Below the pieces are notes generated by a model. The model did not search any database, was not told the origin of the DNA, and was given only the letters and a program-made list of their open reading frames with translations. Source: Podarcis filfolensis (lineage: Eukaryota). From it: a DNA stretch of 64,000 nucleotides. The position numbers and the translations under genes were made by a program. The stretch lies in the NCBI GenBank assembly GCA_964270895.1, contig OZ185435.1. One strand, 5' to 3'. Shown here in pieces: positions 12,896 through 26,084 of this stretch (the first letter of the stretch is position 1; each line of letters begins with the position of its first letter).

Positions 12896-13618
12896 GTGAA
12901 TCTGTAGCGTAGATCTGCCTTTGAAGTTGAAATATTGCAGGTTATCCCCCTGTTTTAATTAAGTGAGCCAAAAAGGAAATCAGATTGCTACTTCTTACTT
13001 AAAATAGGTTCAAAAAATGGAAGCTTTCTATGAAGTTGAGGCATGACTTAATAATATGTACTTCCAGCCATCCTGAAACACATTTGGAGAGATAAACAAC
13101 TACTATCAAAATATATCAGGGTTTCAGTGCACAGTATCCTCAAGGATCTGTTCCCAACGTTCAGCATGACAGCATAAATGACTAGATCACCTATGAATAC
13201 TCCTTCAACTGTAAATATAAAAAGGAAGAACTGTAGCCAGCTGCCACTTTTTTGGCATTTATTATTCAGGATTCACCCACTGTGTTCCCCAGAAAAATAT
13301 GTTTTTGTTTGTGTGACTGCAAGTCATGGGTCTATAGAAGGGGAAAGTGGGTGTTAATCCTATGATGTAATGAATGGGGTAATCTATTTTGCTAAATCAA
13401 TCACAAGCAAAGGAACAACATACAATTCTTTAATCTGGTCTGTTCTTCAGTCAACAGAAGCACTACAATTTTTCTCATAAAGTTCTGTAAGTAAACAAGT
13501 CACCCTATTAAAAAGGGACATCGCCTGAACCCTTTCCTGACACAACAGATGTTGATACAAATGAGACTGTTCCTGATACGGTTCATTTTGTAACAATCAT
13601 CCATTCCCATTACTAGTA

Positions 13619-13869
13619 CAGTGGTACCTTGGTACTTGAACAGCTTGGCTCCTGAAGAAATCAGCTCCTGAAAGCCGCAAACCAGGAAGTGAGTGTTCCG
13701 GTTTGCGAATGTTTATTGGAAGCCGAACTTCTGACTTGGCTTCTGCAGCTTCCGTTTGAGTGCAGGAAGCTCCTGCAGCCAATCGGAAGCCGCGCCTTGG
13801 TTTTTGAACTGTTTCGATAGTTGAAAGGACTCCTGGAACAGATTAAGTTCGAGAGCCAAGGTACCACTG
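13619..13869. mobile_element. Tc1/mariner (Tigger-like) MITE
   Basis: TIRs CAGTGGTACCTTGG / CCAAGGTACCACTG flanked by TA on both sides. Confidence 0.92.
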
Positions 13870-13944
13870 TATTTTTTCATTGTCAGAGAGTGTATAGAGA
13901 AGAATACAGAATCATATATGCAGGCTAAATAATGGCCATCCGTA

Positions 13945-14209
13945 TATGCCAGCCCTACCAGTAGGTAGTGTGAGGCAGTCACCTCAGGAGGCAGCTGCTA
14001 GAGGTGTGGGGAGGCAGAGTTGGAGAAGAGAGCAGTATGTGTACATGGCCTGCCCTCTACCCGCTAGAATAGTCTGCTGCCTTCAGGGGTAGTGTTGGTG
14101 TTCAGGGGTGTTAGCGTTCAGGGGTGCAGAAGTAAGATTCAGCTATCTTCAACACATGGGCTGGGGAGAGGTGCCAAGCTGTGCAGCAGAAAGACTCGGG
14201 CCTGCCCTG
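13945..14209. mobile_element. Degenerate hAT-like MITE
   Basis: Ends resemble (cagg)gccagccctacc ... gggcctgccctg; TSD not clear. Confidence 0.4.
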
Positions 14210-14577
14210 AAAACAGCTGCTAAACTATTCTAGAATAAAACATGCAGATTTTGATAGTATTCCTCAAAGAAATTAACTTGTGACACGATGCTCTTGTTCT
14301 AAATATTTACTGCAGTTTTGATATAATGTCATTCTTTGGAATACCATGGCAGTATCCAAAAAACTTATTTGTTGACTCAGAAATTATTAAAGATCAGGCT
14401 GTTCTTCTATAAATACTTAATTAATAAACTCGTGGACTCTTAATGAAGCAATCTGTCAAACTAATTTGTTAACGTAACTGTATTCTTAAGAGTTTATATA
14501 TCAGTTTCTAGTTCCGTTCAAAAACTGTCCAAAGGGACATGTGAGCATCAGAGAGAAATGTGGATGTGGCCCTAGAG

Positions 14578-14713
14578 CAGGCATCCCCAAACTCGGCCTT
14601 CCAGATGTTTAGGGACTACAACTCCCATCATCCCTAGCTAACAGGACCAGTGGTCAGGGATGATGGGAATTGTAGTTCCAAAACATCTGGAGGGCAGAGT
14701 TTGGGGATGCCTG
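14578..14713. mobile_element. 136-bp fold-back hAT MITE
   Basis: ~58-bp near-perfect inverted arms (CAGGCATCCCCAAACT...CATCCCT / AGGGATG...AGTTTGGGGATGCCTG); 8-bp TSD CCCTAGAG (14570-14577, 14714-14721). Confidence 0.95.
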
Positions 14714-15225
14714 CCCTAGAGCTTTGCTCAGATTTCTTTTGCGATGTTCTCTTAAACCTTATGTTTCCTCTGCTTACTTCAATTTTCTTTTGCCAGTCAA
14801 TACTGCTGGTACTGGAAAGCTGCTCTTGCTTGTTTCTTTCTTTGTAACTGGCATTCTATACCTCATCACCATCTCTGGTCTGGACTTGGAGAGAGAGCCT
14901 GTTTGACTCCGCACTGATGAAAGGGATCTGAACAAGTGGGCAGCCCCCTTACTTGGAAGAAGATGAGGCTTCCTAACAATTTCAAAGCTGGATCTGAAGC
15001 AAAGCTGCCTGCCTGTTCAATGGTAGGTTCCTCTGAGTTTTTATTCTATATAGGATGAGTTTGAAAAGTGTTGGCAACCATCACTTCCATTACTCAGGAT
15101 TGCTTTTACACCTACACACTTGGAAGCCTTGACATGTGCACAAGTGGTGCCCACTGCTACACATCTTTTAAGTAGTTGCATAAGCTCTCTGTGTAGAGTT
15201 TGATAGAATTCTGTTGCGAAAGAAC

Positions 15226-15640
15226 ATAAGGAGGTCATCATATAGGTTGACCAAAGCTGTTTCTGTGCCAAAACCAGGCCAAAACCCTGATTGAAATGGA
15301 TGTAGAAAATCAGTTTCCTCCAAGAGCGCCTTGTTCTGATCCACAAGCACCTGCCCAAGAACCTTGCCCAAATAATGTCCTTGGGAAGAGAAAAATATTA
15401 CAGTTAGGTATCTTGGAGCAATCCACTGAAATGGACCATGAAACGGATTTCCTTTTGATCCCCATCGCAGCATGGACTCCCGCTGCGCCCATCAAATGCC
15501 TGGGAGTAGAAGGTAGTCTTGACCTGGCAGGGAAGAGCAAAAGAAGATGCCCTCTGTGTTGTCACCGCTCTTCAAATCTCTGTCACAGGGACACCAGGAG
15601 AGCACCTAAGCTACAGGTGCTTTAAAACCACAACATATGA
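15226..15640 (-). mobile_element. L2 LINE RT fragment (decayed)
   Basis: Minus translation YLGKVLGQVLVDQ...LHPFQSGFWPGFGTETALVNLYDDL matches the L2 RT region (FQSGFR..HSTETAL type). Confidence 0.85.
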
Positions 15641-18027
15641 CATTTGCCACAATCCCAGCATAATGAAGTCATGCAATGTTTCTTATTCCCAGGGTGTGGC
15701 CCAGAGTGCCTATAATCAGCTTGGGCTGAGTTGTCATCAGCTATACCTAATACTATAAGAGAGACCTTGCCCCTGCCATTCATGCTATGGTGACTTCCAG
15801 ACTCTGTGAGCAGCTGAGCAGCTTTTTCTGTCACCAAGGATGCAATGCGGAACCCTGCAGCTGGCAGGAAGTCGTACAGATTTCATTGGCCCATATCTGT
15901 TGTTAACATGCTGCAGTCTTCTCGTACGCTCGCTGGGTTGCAAATCCCACTGATCTCAGTGGGACTGGCTTCCAAGGAAATACAAGTAGGACTGGGCTGA
16001 GTGTGTTAACTTTACTCAGAATCTTGCTTGCTATAGCATAGATAGACAGTGAGATCAGATACAAGAGATGGCCCCTGTACCTTTAAGAGTTCTGTAAAAG
16101 AAGGATTTTGTCATGTGCCTTCAGGGGTGAGAATGAAAAGTGTTCAGCCACCATGAAAATGAGGTCGTTGATATTTTAGCCAGCCAAGAATGCACAAAAG
16201 TCTATGAATTGAAAAGGAACTATTTCAGTGAACCCAGGAGCAAATTCTCAAAGGACAGCCAGTCCCTTTGGGCTCCCTTTGACTGCTGAGGCCAGGTGAA
16301 ACCAGTAAGCAGATAATAGCCTGCAAAGGATGCAACTGCAGCAAGCGGAAAGCAAAATTTGGAATATAACGGAAGACAAGGAAAGTAAAAAAGAACATTT
16401 TGCTGTTCTTATCTTCCAACTGCACTGCACCACAGTGCAATAATATACATGCCTATTCAGAAGTATTGAGTTTGTGAGATTTACTCCAAGGTAAGAATGT
16501 ATAAGATTGCAGCCTGAATCAATTAGGGCAACCTTAGAATGCCATATGTAATTACAGTCTCACCTATAGAGAAATAAATTTTCCAAAATTGTGCCGTCAT
16601 CAAATTGCCAACTAGGATGCCAACTTGGTTAAAAATGATAGTCACATCATTTCCGCTCCATCATTCCCTCTAAACCGTGGGTGTGGGGTGCACTAAGAAA
16701 ACTACAGTTCCCAGCCCTGCTAGAAGTTAGCTTACAGCTGTAGCTACTCAACAAGACCCAGCCCCTCAGAAATACTCCTTTGCCTCAGAGGATGTTGGTG
16801 GGAGCAGACGCCTGGTACAACACCAGAGAAGAGAGGATGAACTTGGGGCCTTGTCCCCCCCCCAAAAAATAGATTCCACCAGTGGCATAATTTGTTTGGA
16901 ATGGTGCATATGGTCCCAACCCAATGGACTGATCCTCACACACTGTCCTTCAAGTGCTAGATGCAGCAATCACAGCAAGCACTTTGAAGCAAAGAACCCT
17001 CTCTGGGATCAGAGAGAAAAGACTACTTGTAACATCTCTAAATAGTTTGTGTATGTATAGTGGTGAATGCTGGTGTTGGCCTAGTAAAGACAGCTCTGCT
17101 AAACATGTTTTCTGTGGTGAGCTTAATCACTTAACTAAGTTTCCACAGCACATACACCCCAAACCCCAACAATACACTCCTTTCTCCCTTCCCTCCCTTT
17201 TCTGTTGCAGAGATCATGCCATCCTAAATCACACAACACTCTTTTGTCCCAACCAGAAAGGCATGTGAATACAGAAGGTAATCTCCCTATCTAGATCATC
17301 CACATTACAATGGGACGACTGTGAGAAACTCAACCAGTACAGTTGAAAGGTTTGCTGAATAAATCAGAGTATACAGTATTAAACAGCAGCTGTAATTATA
17401 ACATGGAAGACATTTCCCCCTTTTCTGTAAGGAAATAGCCTTTCATAACCCACGTACAGTTCCTGTTAAAAGTCAACAGCTCTTCTGTGACCTGTTGCTT
17501 TGGAAGAGTTAAGGCTATCATTTTCACACAAGCTGCTGAGTCCAAATTGTTAGCTTCCCTCTAACCGTTATATATAAAACTCTTGGGATCATTTAGCAAT
17601 GATTTATTTTTGCCAGAGGACAGGTCATACTACAATTTTGCTTCTTTCTTACAGTTCTTGCCAACTTACAACATATGGACCTTGTTTAGTGTAAATCAGT
17701 AATCTGATTGTCTCGTTATACTCACAAATTAATGTGTGTAATTTGAACCAGCATGCTTCCATTGCAAACAAGAGGTTCAAAGTTTATCTGGAGGCCAAGC
17801 TGTAAAAAAAAATAATCCATGTTCATTTTACTGTAAGCTGTAGTCCACAGCAAGGCTCTGAAAAGAACAGTTACTATCTTTATAATGATATTTGAAACAA
17901 TCCTCATGAAATGTCTGTGATAATCTTGTTTTTCTCTTTTTCCCAGCTGGGCAAATGGGTCTTTATCACAAGTGTCTACATATTAGGGTTTTAGTCTTGT
18001 TTTAAATGTATTTGCGTGTTTTTTGTT

Positions 18028-18150
18028 TTGTGGAGTTGGACGGGACCACAAAGGGAATCTTGTCTAACTCCCTGCAATGCAGGAATCTTTTGCCCAATGT
18101 GGGACTCAAACCCACGACCCTGAGTCTCATGCTTCACCAACTGAACTATG
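18028..18150 (-). mobile_element. tRNA-head / CR1-tail SINE (Squam2/POM-like)
   Basis: rc tagttcagttggtgaagcatgagactcagggtcgtgggtttgagtcccac (A/B boxes) followed by ttcctgcattgcagggagttagac...tcccgtccaactc (CR1-type tail). Confidence 0.7.
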
Positions 18151-18199
18151 GAAGCTATTTATACGTTTTAGTCAGTTTTTTTTCCGGTGAAATTACTGT

Positions 18200-18570
18200 G
18201 GGACTCTGGCTGGGAGTCACCTAACACGGCCCACCAGCAGAAGCCTGGGCAAAGACTTCCGCATGGGCAATGGGGTTTTCCCAGCTTTATGGTGGCACAT
18301 CTGGCTGGCACCAGCACTAAAAGCTTTTGGGCACTAGTTAAAGACCATATCTGCTTAGGCACTCTAGACTTTAGGTTATTTTTGGAAATGCAGCCTTTTA
18401 TAAATTTTGTTTTTGTTTTTTAAAAAAACTGTCTTGTTGCATTTTGTTATGTTTATTCATTGATTTTGAATTGTATTTTGTATGTTGCATGAATTAATTT
18501 TATTCACCCCTTTGGATACCACCCTGAAATCTTTTGATGAAGTCTGGTTATAAAATATTTTAAACAAACA
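18200..18570 (+). mobile_element. Old L2-like 3' end
   Basis: T-rich UTR and terminal ccaccctgaaatc...gaagtctggttataaaatattttaaacaaacaa. Confidence 0.45.
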
Positions 18571-19879
18571 AGCCGACTTTCTGCTCAGAACTTTGTGTGC
18601 AGAATCCAATCTAGAGCTCATGAATTGCGGGGGACCTGCTGACTCCCTTCTGCCTACAAGCCCCTTCTCTCAGATTTAATGTGTGCTGCATAGAACATTC
18701 ATGTCAAAACTTGAAAGCTTTCCTATCTTAAGTGTTTGTGGTTTGTAGTATCCCCATCTCCAAGCTTTCATGGTTTTTAAAAATATCTGCAGAAAGAAAA
18801 GCGGTGCCCTACTTCTGCTGGTTAGGAAAGGACAGCTCACAATACATTTTGCCCAGGAGTCATCACCAATATAGTCCATGGAGAAAACCATTCATTGTCA
18901 AAACACCCTGATAATTGGCATGGTGACACTTCCTTCCGAAAAAGTAAGGTAACTTTCTTTGCACCAAAGATAGACCGGACTCACTGAAACAGTAGCTTGT
19001 GTTTTTTCTGTGCTACTCTAATAATGTTGGAAAATCTAGGCCAGGATTAATCCAAGTGCCCTCCAGTTGTTGGATTAAGGGTCAGATCACTCCTGACCAT
19101 TAGTCAAGTTGGCTGGGGTGACAGGTGTTGGAGTCCAGCCACATCTGGAAGCTACCTCTGATCTAGGTCATGCTGGAAGGATCACAGGGTGGTCTCTTCT
19201 CACACCAGTGTCACCCATGCTGGAAACTAATGTAATGCTGGAATAAGAGGAAATCATAGTGTCAGCCTCTCCCATCTGGTTGCAGACTTTGGACTTCTTC
19301 ATTCATTCATTTCTTGAAAATGCCACATGCCCTCACATGTCCTCTACAGACATATTGACAAAGCGGCACATGCTTTATGTCTCCTGGCTACACCAACAAA
19401 AACCATTCAGATAAAAATTGTGGCAACTCCAGCGTAAACTGTTGATTATACCATTCTACAAAACTGAAGAGTTATGGTGCAGGTAGATCATTCATAACGT
19501 AGAGCTTAGCAAGAACTTAGGACCTTTGACCAACACTGAAGCACATGAAGGAAGCTAACTCTTCTCAAAAATGAAACCCCTTTTCAACATCTAGCACTTC
19601 CGAGTGTTCCATAAATGCAACCCCCTCTCTTCCCCCTGTGTGCAGTTTCAGGGGTCTTCTCAACTCCCCAGAGCAGATCTGGGGGAGGCACAGGGGTGCA
19701 CATGGGGAAGAGAGTGGGTGGAAGCCCTGTTGCGCTAGCAGGAGCCCTTGCACAGGCTTCGGCTAGCATGCAAAGATAGTTGAATCTGGGTGCTGGAATT
19801 ATCATTAAAAAGCCCAATCTCTTATTGATCACTGCAGAATTGTTCTTATCTGCAATTCTACTCCATATGATGTAGAAGG

Positions 19880-20217
19880 CAAGCCCTGAATACCTGAAGG
19901 AGCGTCTCTACTCCCATTGTTCAGCCCAGACATTGAGGCCCAGCTCCATGGGCCTCCTGGCGGTTCCTTCATTGCGAGAAGTGAGGCTAAAGGGAACCAG
20001 GCAGAGGGCCTTCTTGGTAGCTGTGCCCACCCTGTGGAACGCTCTCCCATCAGGTGTCAAGGAAATAAACATCTTTCTGACTTTAGAAGACATCTGACAG
20101 GGAAGTTTTTAATGTTTGACTTTTTTGTGTTTTAATATTTTGTTGGAGCTGCCCAGAGGGGCTGGGGCAACCCAGTAAGATGAGTGGAATATACATAATA
20201 AAATTATTTTTATTATT
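19880..20217 (+). mobile_element. L2 LINE 3' end (young lizard family)
   Basis: ccctgaatacctgaaggagcgtctc...gggaaccaggcagagggccttc...gctgcccagagggggctggggcaacccag...ataataaaattattttta; same family as 33249-33679 and 42364-42603. Confidence 0.85.
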
Positions 20218-20224
20218 TAGTGTG

Positions 20225-20462
20225 GCAGCACCTGCCTTTGGAGCTCCCTCACATTATAAATAAGACAAATGCCATCTTTGCTGTTTTTGCCCTGAATATA
20301 TTCTCCTAGGCCTTTGGCTAATTAAGCAATCTAAGGCCTTTTAAACTGTGTTTGGGGTATTGCATTTGTTTGTTATAAATTGTTGTGTTTTTATATTGTA
20401 AACTGCCCTGAGATCCTTGGACAAAGGGTGGTACAGAAATTTAATAAATAATAAAAAATAAT
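20225..20462 (+). mobile_element. Second, older L2-like 3' end
   Basis: tgtaaactgccctgagatccttggacaaagggtggtacagaaatttaataaataata tail. Confidence 0.6.
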
Positions 20463-22039
20463 TAAAAGTATGAAGCTATAGCAACAGATGATGTAAAGAA
20501 ATCACTTTGGCAAGCTCTGTTTTTGTCTAACAACCAAATAGACTTACAAGTTTGATAGGTCAAATCTAATCTGCTTTGCAGATGTATGTGAACTTTGTTA
20601 GCCTATTTCCATTGCTGATTCTATTTAGTCAGTCCTCTATTTAAACTCTTCACTGGATTCTTATTCTTAGCAATTTTGATCTAAGTATTCACAGTGTCTA
20701 AATCTCATTCTAATTGCACTCTTTAATTTCCTATGCTATTAATTGCATTTGCTTTGTGCAGATTAAGTATGTAATAATTACTGCCTCTCTAAGGTCCATT
20801 TCTTTACATCAGAAACTGAAATGTTAATGCTTTATGAATATTTTCCTGTTGAAGAGGGAATTGTCCTGGCTCCTTAATAAGAGAGATTTGTCCTTAAAGA
20901 AACACAAAACCAAACCCATATGATTATGATTGGCTGAGGAAGATAGATGGGTGCCTATTTCTGGTCCATGTCAATTTCACAGGTATTCATCCATACATCA
21001 ATTCATCTCTTTCCCTCATTAATCTGCAATTTAAAAAAATACAAACTTTTGTATTTTGTATTTGAGAGAGGAATTGAACATTGCTGTACTGTGATTATTC
21101 CATCAAAGCAAGCATTTTGGCTTGCTAGATGGAATGACCCCCTGCACTGTTCTGGGATTCTCCTAACACCGCCAGGGCAAATTTTGGGGAGCCCAGGGAC
21201 ATGAGGTGTGGAGAGCAGAAGTCCTTGTGCAGGGTTTCCACTAACAGGATTCATTTGTTGAATCTCGCCCTAAATATGTATTCATATTTAAATATGTATT
21301 TTATCTCAATGTACACACTCAAACAAACTTCATCCTAAATAAACATTTGGGATATTTTGTGCTGAGGATTATATCACAAAAAGTGCTAAATCCAAAAGAT
21401 GAATATGTTCAGATCCACATATTAAGTTCAGGAGCTTTGAGTTAGGTTTGTTCGTGTAAATATGTGGAGTGAAGTGTTAGTGGGCAAGGAGACCTTGGAG
21501 ATCACACAAGCTGCACTTTGTGAGTGACTGGTATTTAGGTGTAGCTAGATCCTCAAAGGTAATCAATCTGGAGGTTGACCCAGGGTGTCTCTGCCACTAC
21601 CAGATCCCTCCTTTCTGATTAGACAAGTGGAATCCTTGTTACACATTGTGATTTTCCACCATTGTACGGTCCTAGGTTTTCTAGATTTTATTTTTTGGGC
21701 CCTTTTCAATCCCACACACTCTGATGTTTGATAGCAGAATAGTTTTCTGGTCTCCCTCAAAATCACTGGCACAGTGAACCTCACAGGTCAGTCTTACATC
21801 TTAAAGACTAATGTATTTTAGTAAAAAAAGTATTCAGGGACCCATTAAGGAAAACTATAGATAGGCCTAGCTTTGTCTAAAATTAGAAAGCCTTCGGACT
21901 CCTTTAGACAAGAGAGAGAGAGTTCAGGATGCAGCAACTTAAAAGGCTTCCGTTTTTTATGCTACTTCATCAGTCTCCTTTGGTTCCACCAGGGGCTTCT
22001 GCTCTCTATCAGCATGGAGCGTAGGCTAGGGAGGAGAAT

Positions 22040-22880
22040 CCTTTGTTTGTGAACTTGAACAGGAAATTGACCACCACAAACACCTAGGCAATGCTTCTTT
22101 CATACTCAAATATGAAGGTATGAAAAAGGCTAGATCAATCCAGGCAAAATGCCCTGGGAGAACCAAATCATAGTGAATGTTGCCTATGCTTCTATGACTA
22201 CAATACAATGTACACTTCAGTGTACACTTCAGAATTAGTCTCAAACTGAATGTGGCTTTCTTCTGATCAAGACTGGGCCACAACTGGCTTCTCTGCATCA
22301 ATAGTGTTAAGACTGGGGTGGCGAGATTCCAACAGGCAGATACCGAAACCCATGCCTGCTTTTGCCGTGGCCAATCCTCCCCTCAGGCCGCTTATGGCGC
22401 CCCCCCCCCCATAAAATGTTGATCCTGACCAATGCCATTTCCACCCTCATTCAAACAATGTTCTTCTGCCTAACTGAGGAAAGCCCTAATTTCACTGAGG
22501 GAAAGGCGAAAAAACCCCAACCATGTGCCAATCAGGTGGAGAGAAAAAATCATTTCGAACTTAAAAATGGAAAGCGTAATGCTGGTGGTCAACAAAAGAG
22601 GTTTAAAGACTATCAAGGCAAATCTGAAAAATGTAGTATAAACACCAACAACTGGGAAACACTGGCCTGCAAGGGCTCCAGTTGGAGAATAGCTTTTACC
22701 AAAGGTGTCATGGACTTGGAAGACACTCAATCTCAGACAAAAGGGAGAAACATGCTAAGAGGAAGGCACATTTGGCAAACCCTCACCATGATCAACTCCT
22801 GCCCAGAAACCTACTTTTAAGACCGTTTTCATGGAAGACAATCTTACTTGGCTACAAGTGATTGCCAAAGAAGAAGATAG
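22040..22880 (+). mobile_element. RTE-clade LINE 3' fragment (non-Bov-B), decayed and internally interrupted
   Basis: ELKNGKRNAGGQQKRFKD...NWETLAC...W at 22555-22720 is a typical RTE C-terminus; tail gattgccaaagaagaaga. The left boundary is uncertain. Confidence 0.8.
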
Positions 22881-23313
22881 TTAAAATACCACCAGATCCT
22901 TGGAAATCCAAACTTTTTATAGCCCCCTGTGTTGGAGATGGCATATGCCTTCAAACCTGAGCAACTACAATACATAAAAGTAACAGATTTTGATTTTCAA
23001 GTACGCATTAAATTAGTCCCCAAATCTCCTCCTCCAGTTTGAACTATACAGTGAAACTCTTCAGTGGCAAATAACCTCAAATGGAAAATATTATTTAAAA
23101 ATATTCTGCCAAATATGTTAAGATGCCCCCTACACGCATAATATTGCTGTTATGCCACAACTGGGTAATTATGTAATCATTTGTTTAATCTATTGACAAG
23201 AATCTGAAAAACCAAATTCCTTCTATTATTCTGGCTTTTATTTTCCTATCAAGATATACTTAGATACTGTGGAGGCTATAATAAGCAGTTAGCAGATACA
23301 ATTCTGTGCTCAC

Positions 23314-23355
23314 ACTGGGAACTTGTTTCCAAGAACGATAACCAATGATTTATCA
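23314..23355 (-). CDS. Candidate 42-nt exon (xINHWLSFLETSSQ or DKSLVIVLGNKFPV)
   Basis: Very strong acceptor (T)11-ctttctgctttcag and donor gt|gtgagc; frame-preserving length; two open frames. Confidence 0.3.
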
Positions 23356-24319
23356 CTGAAAGCAGAAAGAAAAAAAAAAAGGTTGGAGCTTCTTGTCTTT
23401 TTCAGTTGGGTTTCAAAGCACATATCTTGTATCTCTTTGCACCTGTGGACAAAATGCAGGGCTAGTCATCCAAATGGAAAACTGCTCCAGAAACACAATT
23501 TTTGTAATTATATAGAGTTGGGCAACTTCATTGGTGATACCCAAGACTAAACACAAATGATAGCAGGAAGCTAAAGTGCAACTTTGTTTTCTATGAAACT
23601 TGCATAATCTGCATATCATTGACATGGATGAGACAGGAGTCAATTCAGCGATCGCCATTTTTAATCCGTACTATTTAGACGTCAGTTGAGACCCCAAACT
23701 CGCTTTCTTTATAAAGACTCATGCTATCATCAAAACCGCTAATCCTCTTGCAACCAAGATTTTGTACTGCGGCTTGTGTGAGTATGGACTTATGATTGAT
23801 TCAAGAGTATTTGCAATGACTCATAAGGTCAGGGAGTGCTTGTTATTTCATTAGGATGAATCTAAGCGTATAGAAAAGTCAAGAAGAACTTCATAAATCC
23901 ATGTGTTTGTGTGGTTTTATGCTAAGCATGGCATAATCAGTTTTAAGTCCAGTAAATAGGATCAGCAGTGGACTTTTTACTCTATAGGATTAAATTGAAT
24001 TACACTGGAAACAAATATAAACCATATTTCTGAAATATTGTTTTGTGCTGCTGTAACCATATACGTAAGTTTTTTCCCCCAAGCTTTGTAAAATAAAAAA
24101 GGCTAAGTATAATTTTAAGAAAGAATATTTGCAAAATCTTATCTCAAAAAACACCAGAGTAAGACTTCCCAAGGATTATTACTCAACAATGTGGTAAAAC
24201 AAAGAACTTGAATGAACAAATACATTGGCATCATATATCAGCAGCAAGGAGATCCCCTGGAAAGATATAAAGAAGGTATGCATAAAGGCCCTGTGAGTGG
24301 AAACAGCAAGACATAATAA

Positions 24320-24575
24320 TGTAAAAAGAGCTCTGCTGGATCAAACCAAAGGCCCATCTACTCCTATTTCCCACAGTGCCTCTGGGAAGCCCAGTGCAAT
24401 AACTCTTTCCTGTCATTGTCTCCTACTGACTGCTATTCAGAGGCATGGTACTTTTGTTCCTGGAGGTAGTAAATAGCCATTGATGGCTTTATCCTCCATG
24501 AATTTGTCTAATCACCTTTTAAACCTTTGTAAGCTGGTGGCCAACACCACATCTTGTAGAAACTATTTCAATTGG
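24320..24575 (-). mobile_element. Older CR1 3' end
   Basis: agagctctgctggatcaaaccaaaggcccatcta...tagccattgatggctttatcctccatgaatttgtctaatc is a CR1 3' UTR in reverse orientation. Confidence 0.75.
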
Positions 24576-24589
24576 GTTTAGAATCATTT

Positions 24590-24715
24590 CCCCTTTTTTA
24601 TATTTGTAGCTCACGTTTCCTCCAGTTTGCTCAAGGCAGTGTGTGTGGTTCTCCCACACCCCCCATTTTATCCTCACAACTCTGCTGTGAAGCAGGGTGG
24701 TAGCAGAAGATGGCG
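24590..24715 (-). mobile_element. MIR-like SINE fragment
   Basis: ccccattttatcctcacaactctgctgtgaagcaggg is the reverse CORE motif. Confidence 0.55.
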
Positions 24716-26084
24716 AGGGGCCAACGATCACCCTGTTGTGACGCGCTGGAGTCACAGAGCTGCCCTCTCACCACAGAGATCCAAATTAAGCTGTCTTTGT
24801 GCAACTGAAGGCAACCATATTAGTCCTCCTGTTAAGACCTCCCTTCTGTACATTAGCTTCAGTAGCCAAACGTGCTGAGGATTCACACGCTAAGAGAAAA
24901 CACAGATGAAACATAAAAAGAGCAAGGCAAGTGGCTCCATATCAAACCAATATTTGAGATCTCTTATTTGTTCTGTTGAACTTTATTGATTTCTTTCTGG
25001 CTTTCTTTTTTCCTGCTGTATAACTTAATAAAACAGATTTACTTAAAAAGAAAACCTTTGCCTAGTGTATTTCTTAATCTCTGGGGTCCAGATAAATGTG
25101 TCTACACTGGCTTCTAAAAACAAACACAGGATCAACCCATAGAGTACTTAACTTTTGCAAGGAAGGAAGCATCCAATGGCTAAATTGTTTACGGAAAGCT
25201 ATTTGTCTACAATGTGGGTTTTGCTGTGGAATCAGTTACTTAGATAGCAAAGCTTTACTACAGTTAAACTGTCCAAGTTAGCTTCTTATTAGACATCACT
25301 TTTACTGACATAGAAGGATGGGCAATAAAAAGCAAGAAATACAATTCTGTTTAGTTACTATAATATTTACAGGGGGCGATGTAAAAACCTAATAAACATG
25401 GTGTAATTGGGCTATTCTCTATTAAACCTCTGCTTTTCTGCTAAATCAGAAGGTATTGCACTTCCAAATATCACCACATATATGGGCATGAATGTGGGTA
25501 TTTTCCTTGAAGATAAAGAAGTGGTTCCTGGCTGCCCAGCACATCACCTCATTTTCGCCCCAGCAGTTCATAAAGCTGCTACATGTTGAAAAAGGGCTCT
25601 TGGTTTATTGACTTGTTTGTCATAAAAAATTAATCGCTTCCTCTTTGATGAACAGTGATAAATAATGACCCTCAAAGTGTGCTGTGGTCTCAAGTGTACT
25701 TAATGTGCTGCTCAATTTGGCTTTAGGAAATGAACAGGACCTAGGCAGATTGCGATTCCATGCCAGCGTGATAGAGAAGAGGGTGTTTAGGTGTACCTAA
25801 CGTAAAAAATAAATAAAATACCATTCTTATGCTGTAACCTCAGGGTTTGTTGATGTAACTTTGGCAGTTTTCCTAAGATGGCATGCATCTCACATTGTGC
25901 CACTTAAAGATTATCTTTCAGAAATCTTATAAGATTTCTCGCCACTCATGTCCTCTCTAAACTACTATGAATTAATTTCATGGCAAACGTGTGAAGTAAA
26001 GAATTGTTTGTTTTCCCTGGATACAGACCAAGCCTCAAACATATGCTTGTAGTACCTGAAATAATTTCTTAGCCTAATCCTGGT

